5,139 nt of DNA, taken from the NCBI GenBank assembly GCA_000388065.2, contig KB932207.1, one strand, 5' to 3'. The position numbers and the translations under genes are program-made. Source of the DNA: Fonticula alba ATCC 38817 (Eukaryota > Protista > Nucleariida). The notes below the pieces were generated by a model, which saw only the letters and a list, made by a program, of their open reading frames with translations, was not told where the DNA came from and did not search any database. This document shows, in pieces, positions 1 to 5,139 of the stretch (the first letter of the stretch is position 1; every line of letters begins with the position of its first letter).

Positions 1-70
1 GGGGGGGGGGGGGGGGGAAAGTGCGCTCGTGCTGTCACTCTGCTCAGGGGGACGGGGTGTGCCACCGGGT

Positions 71-726
71 CTAGGTGGACTTGGCCGCACGCGAGACAGC
101 GTGGATCTCCTCAATGAACACACCCAGGTGCTCGGGCGAGTGGTTCGGCAGCATGCCATGGCCAAGGTTGGCGATGAGGCTGCCATCACCATTGCTATGG
201 GGGTGGGGAGGAATGATGTTAGAGAGGGGAGCGGGTCCGAGGGGGAGGGAGGGAGGGCGGGAGGGGGACACGGAGGGCAAGAAGTCACGTACTCGGCCAG
301 CATACGGCGGACCTCCTGGCGAATGACCTCCGGAGGGGCGAACAGAGTGCACGGGTCGAGATTGCCCTGAAGGACGCAGCCCGGGCCGGCCTTGGCACGA
401 GCCGACTTCAGGTCGATGGTCCAGTCGATGCCGAGGACATCATAGCCGAGCTTGGCCACCAGGTCCAGCGAGTGCATGGCACCGCGAGCGAAGACCACCA
501 GAGGGACGGCCTCAACACCATCAGCCGCCAGGCGGGCCTTCACGCCCTCGGCAATACGCGCGAGGTAGGGAAGAGAGAACTCCTTCAGCTGATGCGGCGG
601 CAGCTCGCCAGCGTTCGAGTCGAACACCTGGAGGATCTGTGTGTATATGTGTGTGTGTGAGAGAGAGAGAGAGAGAGGGAGGGAGAGAGAATGCAAAAGG
701 GCGCAACCACAAGGAGACAAGCTGAA

Positions 727-789
<63 letters not shown>

Positions 790-1927
790 GTGATGAGGGG
801 GTGGGATGTGTGTACCTGCGCGCCGGCATGGACCTTGCCCACCAGATACTCGATGGACACCTCGGTGATGACGTGCAGCAGCTGGTGGGCAGCCTCCGGG
901 TGGTTCAGGACAAAGGCCTTGGCTGCGAGACAGGAGGGAGGGTGGCAAAATGGGTGAGAGACGAGCATACAACCGGAGGCAGCAAAATGCACATGACACA
1001 TACCATGGTCCCAGTTCCGGCTGCCGCCGCCCTGAACCATGTACGCCATGATGGTCCATGGGGCACCGCAGAAGCCGAAGAGCGGGCAGTGCCCATTCAT
1101 GCGCATGCGCGTCAGGGCCACCGCCTCCCAGACGTACGACAGCGACTGGGCACACTTGGTGTAGTCCTCGCCGACGAACTTGACAATGGTCTCCACATCA
1201 GCCGGAGTGGCCACTCGGTTGGGGATCTGCGGGCCGATCCCCGGCGTCATGACCACATCCACACCCAGAGCCTGGGGAATGACCAGGATGTCGGAGAAGA
1301 TGATGGCCGCGTCCAGGGCGAAGCGGCGCAGCGGCTGCAGAGTCACTTCGGACGCCAGGGAGGGCGACCGGCAGACTTCGAAGAACTGGGACAGGCTGCG
1401 AACCGAGCGGAACTCTGTTTGCATGTAGGCATGTGTACGTGTGTGTGAGCGTGTGAGTGAGTGAGTGAGTGGGTGGGTGGGTGGGTGGGTGGGTGGGTGG
1501 GTAGGTGTACGTCTGCATGCGTCTGCATGCGTCTGCATGCGTCTGCATGCGTCTGCGTGCGTCTGCGTGCGTTTGTGTCCACACAGAAAGCGAAGCTAGG
1601 GCGTGAAGAGATGCGAGACGCATTGAGGAGGGGCAGATCAGCGCGCTAGCCATCCGAGAGGAATCCCATGGACAACGCACCGGGCAGATAGCGACCAGCC
1701 TGGCGCATAGCCCACACCGGGGTATGTGACACCGGCAGGCCCTTGGCCGCGCGCAGGGCGGTGTCGTTCTTCAGCGGGGGGAAGGCAGCCAGGAGACCGG
1801 ATCCGCCAGGAGCGCGGGCAGCCTGGATCCGGGCCACAGCCTCATCCTCGGGCATCTCGTCGAGCAGGGCCCCGGGCTGGGGGATGAAGGTGGGGGTGGG
1901 AGCGGGAGTGGGGGTGGGGACAGACAT
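71..1927 (-). CDS. hemE: Uroporphyrinogen III decarboxylase (heme biosynthesis). Spliced model: exons 1927-1681, 1414-1004, 922-816, 636-293, 194-71; 1233 nt = 410 aa + stop
   Basis: Spliced translation gives the UROD signature blocks in order: [24 protein letters not shown]|[30 protein letters not shown]|[29 protein letters not shown]. All four introns are GT..AG with compatible phases (1,1,0,2) and the total length is divisible by 3. TAG stop at 73-71. The substrate-binding Arg, Asp, Tyr, Ser and His residues known from human UROD are present. The start could lie further upstream (see findings). Confidence 0.96.
195..292 (-). other. hemE intron 4 (98 nt, phase 2)
   Basis: Donor GA|GTACGT, CTAAC branch-like motif, acceptor CCCATAG|C AAT. 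Joins the exon 4 frame to the NLGHG frame. Confidence 0.88.
638..690 (+). repeat. Compound (GT)n/(GA)n tract at the 3' end of hemE intron 3
   Basis: On the sense strand it reads (CT)n(CA)n directly before the acceptor AG. Confidence 0.9.
727..789 (+). repeat. (ATG)21 microsatellite in hemE intron 3; 17 copies visible again at 5089-5139
   Basis: Direct count. It explains the poly-M, poly-I and poly-S ORF shadows. Confidence 0.98.
923..1003 (-). other. hemE intron 2 (81 nt, phase 1, in frame and stop-free)
   Basis: Donor CAT G|GTATGT and acceptor CTCGCAG|CC AAG. Removal deletes a non-UROD-like 27-aa insert. Confidence 0.88.
1455..1502 (+). repeat. Compound (GAGT)4(GGGT)8 microsatellite in hemE intron 1, matching the G-quadruplex pattern
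   Basis: Direct count. Eight GGG runs with 1-nt loops lie on the template strand of hemE. Confidence 0.95.
1511..1580 (+). repeat. 10-bp minisatellite in hemE intron 1: (GTCTGCATGC)4 (GTCTGCGTGC)2 plus one degenerate unit
   Basis: Direct reading of 1511-1580. Confidence 0.96.
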
Positions 1928-2113
1928 GCTGGGGAAAAGAGGGGGGAGGGGGACAAAGGGCAGCCAGTGTAACAGCCGGCCGGGGCGATGGGCCCTCTCA
2001 GGCCGGCGGCCCTTGGAGCCCAGACGAAAGTGCCCATATGGAGGGCAACACGACCCACGTTTCCGATCCAATGTCCTGGCGCCCCCCTGGTCCGAGAACC
2101 AGGGACAACGCAC

Positions 2114-2238
2114 ATCGTAGTCTCGGTCGGGCACAGAGACATCCCCTGGAAGCCCCGTCTCTTGGGGCGGATGCCCGAGGATCGCACAAACAAGCGGGGC
2201 TGGGCAGCCGGAGCCAGGCGCCCACGCACGCAGCCCAT
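2114..2238 (-). CDS. Putative additional upstream hemE exon ([10 protein letters not shown]...PTETT-I), or a 5'-UTR exon
   Basis: A strong acceptor (CCCCTCTTTTCCCCAG) lies 1 nt before the hemE ATG at 1927 and a GTGCGT donor lies at 2113. Splicing 1929-2113 joins an ATG at 2238 in frame. No transcript evidence. Confidence 0.45.
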
Positions 2239-2357
2239 AGCTGCCAATTTACTATCGGCGTCCGATGCACGTGATGGCGGCCATGAGGGGCGCGCGGATC
2301 CATTTCCCGGCGGACCTCCTCCTCCCAGCCGGTCCCCCCGGAGCCTTGCAGCACACA
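2239..2357. promoter_or_regulatory. Putative compact bidirectional promoter between hemE and CBP3
   Basis: It is the only space between two divergent genes. Contains CACGTG (2268-2273) and adjacent inverted repeats. Depends on the scaffold join being correct. Confidence 0.5.
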
Positions 2358-2367
2358 NNNNNNNNNN
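2358..2367. other. Scaffold gap (10 N)
   Basis: Ten consecutive N. A round number like this is typical of a placeholder gap of uncertain size. Confidence 0.99.
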
Positions 2368-3861
2368 TGTTCCTGGCGTCGAGGTGCACCACTCCTGCCG
2401 GGGTCCTGCGCTGCACGCGTGCGCGCAACCGGCAGCTGGCCCCCGCGCTCGCAGGTGCCCAGCCTGCGGCCTCCTTTTCTTCAAAGCGCCCCGCCCCGGC
2501 CGACATGCCCATCCAGCCGACCCCGCCACCGCTGTTTGTTCCGCGGACGTCGATGTTCCGGCCGCTGGCTCGGCTGAACGCCCAGACGGAGGAGATGTTC
2601 CGGCAGAATGCCGCCCAGCAGGCCCCCCCCATCCCCGATCATCCGGCGCTGATTCCGGGCGAGCGGACGCACGATGACGACCCCTACCTGCCGGGGCATT
2701 CGCGCTATGTGGACATTGTGACGCCGCTGCCGAAAAATGCGCCGATTCTGCTCAAGGCCGCCCGCATCGGGCTGACCCTGGTGGGCCTCCAGTCGCGCGG
2801 GCCAATTGCCATGCGCCGCGCGCGCGAGCTCTTTGCCCGTGTGATGGAGGTGGCCGATGCCCGGCACAGCATGTTCGTGGAGCGTGCGTATCCGCCGGCC
2901 GCCATCACCAGCATCATCCCCGTCCTCATCATCTCCTCTCGCACTCCCCTGCCCTCCTCCCTCGCCCCCCCCCCTTCCTCTTTCCCTTCTGCTTGCCTGG
3001 CCCCCTTCTGTCGCTTCGTTCTCTCCCTCTGCCTACCGTCCCGCCTGCTTGCCTTTCGCCCGGCACTCACCTTTGGTTACTCCTCGCCCCCTCCCCCGCT
3101 CCCTCCCTCCCTCCCTCGCCCCCTCTCGCTCAGGCGCGGGTATGACGGACTCCTTCCAGACCTGGTTCCTGGTCTCCTACCTGCACGTGTGGATGTGCTC
3201 GATGCGGCTGCGCGTCGAGGGCCAGCCCGGCGACGATGTCAGCAAGCAGCTGGTGGAGCTTTTCATCGAGGAAGTCGAGCTGCGCATCCATCAGACCGGT
3301 GCCGTGCCCCGGCTGGATGCCACCATGAAGGTCTTTGTGGCCCAGATGCTTGGTGTGGACATTGCCCTGAATGAGGGAATCGTCGGTTGCGACTCGCTCC
3401 TGGCGTCTACCATGTGGCGGTGCGTGCACATGTGCATTTCACTCTCCGGCCATCGCTCGCGAAGCGTCTCCCTCACACCTGCCGCCCGTCCCCCTCCCTT
3501 TTTCCTGTACTGCCACACGCCTCTCCCTGCTTGGGCGCGCCTCGGGTGCAGTAATTTCACCGGAATGCGTGGTCGGCCGACCCAGCTCGAGTGGCTGGTC
3601 CGGTATGTCCGTTCGCATGTGGCCCACCTGGATGCCCTGTCCCAGTATGAGATTTACGCTGGCCACTTTACCTGGCCCCGGGCCAACGGCGATAATGTGC
3701 CGATCACCATCAATCGCGAGGCGGCCAACAAGGCCCCCTCGCCGGAGCTGCTGGCCGCGCGCATTGATCTCTTCCTGCTGGACGAGTATGTCCGCATGCA
3801 CTCCGATGGCCTGCCCTCGAGCCTGCCGCCCGGCAGCATTGATCTCGACCGGAAGTACTGA
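2367..3861 (+). CDS. CBP3: Ubiquinol-cytochrome c reductase assembly chaperone Cbp3/UQCC1. Spliced model: exons 2367(nTG)-2883, 3134-3419, 3552-3861; about 370 aa
   Basis: Spliced translation contains the family pattern recognised from memory: GMTDSFQTWFLVSYLHVWMCSMRLR ... QLVELF.E.VELRI ... LNEG...DSLLASTMWR|NF ... LEWLVRYVRSHVAHLDAL ... FTW. Introns GTGCGT..CAG are phase-compatible (1,2). TGA stop at 3859-3861. The N-terminus (M)FLASRCTTPAGVLRCTRARNRQLA.. is Arg/Ala-rich and acid-free, like a mitochondrial presequence. The first base of the start codon falls in the N gap; the first fully visible in-frame ATG is at 2505. Confidence 0.88.
2884..3133 (+). other. CBP3 intron 1 (250 nt, phase 1)
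   Basis: Donor GAG C|GTGCGT, long C/T tract, acceptor CTCAG|GC GCG GGT ATG. Confidence 0.88.
3420..3551 (+). other. CBP3 intron 2 (132 nt, phase 2, in frame and stop-free)
   Basis: Donor TGG CG|GTGCGT and acceptor TGCAG|T AAT restore the conserved WRN motif. Confidence 0.88.
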
Positions 3862-4362
3862 GCGATGCGAGTGTGAGCGCGAGCGCCCGGAGCTTTTGAG
3901 GTGCATTGCCCGGTGGTTCGCGCCTCCCTCCGCCCTCCCCCCTGATGTTCTTTTTCCCCTTTCCCTTGGGTTTGGCTCTCGCCTGTCCTCATAGACGCCA
4001 GTTGCTGCTGGCCCTGGCGGGAACGCGGCCGCTCTCTTTTCAACGCCCCGGGCCTGTTCCCCCCTCTCGCTCTCTCGCCTTCCGCGGTCCTCCGGACACA
4101 CATACATACATACGCACGCACCCCCCTCTCCCCCCCCCCCCTCTGAACCCCCGCCACCTCATCCCCCCCTATACCGGCACACATCCCCCAACCAACCTCC
4201 CGATAGACACCCAAAATCAATTGCAACATCTCTATTTCTTGCGAATGCCGGTGAAAGGTGGAAAGGAGGAGGAGCGAAGCAGAGGGCAGACCAGGGCGAG
4301 CCCATTAAAGGCAGGCACAGCGCGAGGCCGGGCTGGTGAAGATGGTATTGAGCCGGGGAAGA

Positions 4363-4379
4363 GGGGGGGGGGGGGGGGG
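4363..4379 (+). repeat. G17 homopolymer in the hemE 3' flank (also 1-17)
   Basis: Direct count. It marks the start of the terminal repeat. Confidence 0.97.
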
Positions 4380-4432
4380 AAAGTGCGCTCGTGCTGTCAC
4401 TCTGCTCAGGGGGACGGGGTGTGCCACCGGGT

Positions 4433-4998
4433 CTAGGTGGACTTGGCCGCACGCGAGACAGCGTGGATCTCCTCAATGAACACACCCAGGTGCTCGGGCG
4501 AGTGGTTCGGCAGCATGCCATGGCCAAGGTTGGCGATGAGGCTGCCATCACCATTGCTATGGGGGTGGGGAGGAATGATGTTAGAGAGGGGAGCGGGTCC
4601 GAGGGGGAGGGAGGGAGGGCGGGAGGGGGACACGGAGGGCAAGAAGTCACGTACTCGGCCAGCATACGGCGGACCTCCTGGCGAATGACCTCCGGAGGGG
4701 CGAACAGAGTGCACGGGTCGAGATTGCCCTGAAGGACGCAGCCCGGGCCGGCCTTGGCACGAGCCGACTTCAGGTCGATGGTCCAGTCGATGCCGAGGAC
4801 ATCATAGCCGAGCTTGGCCACCAGGTCCAGCGAGTGCATGGCACCGCGAGCGAAGACCACCAGAGGGACGGCCTCAACACCATCAGCCGCCAGGCGGGCC
4901 TTCACGCCCTCGGCAATACGCGCGAGGTAGGGAAGAGAGAACTCCTTCAGCTGATGCGGCGGCAGCTCGCCAGCGTTCGAGTCGAACACCTGGAGGAT
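4433..4998 (-). CDS. hemE: Second, partial copy of hemE (exons 4 and 5: 4998-4655 and 4556-4433), cut off within intron 3 by the window end
   Basis: Same sequence as 71-636 with offset 4362, including intron 4 and part of intron 3. This is probably the same locus seen twice rather than a paralog. Confidence 0.9.
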
Positions 4999-5088
4999 CT
5001 GTGTGTATATGTGTGTGTGTGAGAGAGAGAGAGAGAGAGGGAGGGAGAGAGAATGCAAAAGGGCGCAACCACAAGGAGACAAGCTGAA

Positions 5089-5139
<51 letters not shown>

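Larger units (their letters stand above)
1..777. repeat. Left copy of a 777-bp terminal direct repeat
   Basis: Matches 4363-5139 with no differences found by eye. The supplied ORFs recur at a constant offset of 4362 (29/4391, 71/4433, 75/4437, 472/4834). Confidence 0.97.
637..815 (-). other. hemE intron 3 (179 nt, phase 0)
   Basis: Donor CAG|GTACAC and acceptor ACACAG|ATC restore [11 protein letters not shown]. Contains (CAT)21 and CT/CA tracts. Confidence 0.92.
1415..1680 (-). other. hemE intron 1 (266 nt, phase 1)
   Basis: Donor CCC G|GTGCGT and acceptor AAACAG|AG TTC restore RYLPEF. Confidence 0.93.
4363..5139. repeat. Right copy of the 777-bp terminal direct repeat
   Basis: Begins at the same G17 run and ends inside the same (ATG)n tract as 1-777. 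Confidence 0.97.

Noticed and set aside
1-777. LTR or mobile-element terminal repeat
   Set aside because: The repeat consists of hemE exons and introns, has no TG..CA ends or target-site duplication, and no transposase or reverse transcriptase is encoded between the copies.
727-789. CRISPR array, telomere or box C/D snoRNA signal in the repeats
   Set aside because: There are no repeat-spacer units, the tracts are intronic simple repeats, and the ATGATGA matches are just the microsatellite on the antisense strand.
691-957. Poly-Met ORF (+), plus poly-Ser (521-829) and poly-Ile (within 585-1538) ORFs on the minus strand
   Set aside because: These are translations of the intronic (ATG/CAT)21 microsatellite.
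801-1448. Long antisense ORFs over the exons (for example 801-1448 +, 2481-2867 -, 3439-4107 -)
   Set aside because: Expected shadows of GC-rich coding sequence, with no recognisable domains.
1646-2134. Start at 2134 giving a 69-aa hemE extension (MPDRDYDV...)
   Set aside because: Most of it lies in a segment with intron hallmarks (donor at 2113, pyrimidine tract and AG at 1929), and the peptide shows no UROD similarity.
2247-2258. Heme-responsive Hap1 site (CGGnnnTAnCGG)
   Set aside because: Only the TAnCGG half is present; the upstream CGG is missing.
4159-5082. 307-aa minus-strand ORF as a separate gene
   Set aside because: It is hemE exon 4 read through the flanking introns and 3' flank; its start and tail are intron- or UTR-derived.
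4433-5139. Truncated hemE paralog or pseudogene
   Set aside because: No differences found even in introns and microsatellites, and the truncation coincides with the window end. It is better explained as the same sequence repeated.

Overview
GC-rich eukaryotic nuclear DNA with canonical GT-AG introns and one 10-N scaffold gap (2358-2367); the organism cannot be identified from the sequence. It holds two complete, divergently transcribed, intron-containing genes. On the minus strand is uroporphyrinogen decarboxylase (hemE/UROD; 5 exons, 1927->71, 410 aa). On the plus strand is the cytochrome b chaperone Cbp3/UQCC1 (3 exons, about 2367->3861, about 370 aa, with a mitochondrial-type presequence). 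Bases 1-777 recur with no difference I could find at 4363-5139 (period 4362), so the two genes are head-to-head across the gap and also tail-to-tail through 3862-4432. The scaffold therefore closes on itself as a ~4.35-kb two-gene unit: a circle, a tandem array, or a false assembly join at a G17 or (ATG)n repeat. Secondary observations are a probable extra upstream hemE exon that would add an Arg-rich presequence in frame, a gap that may be zero-length (A|TG start codon), a palindrome cluster in the ~120-bp shared promoter, and a candidate 3'-UTR intron. Most ORFs in the supplied track are antisense, intron read-through or microsatellite shadows.
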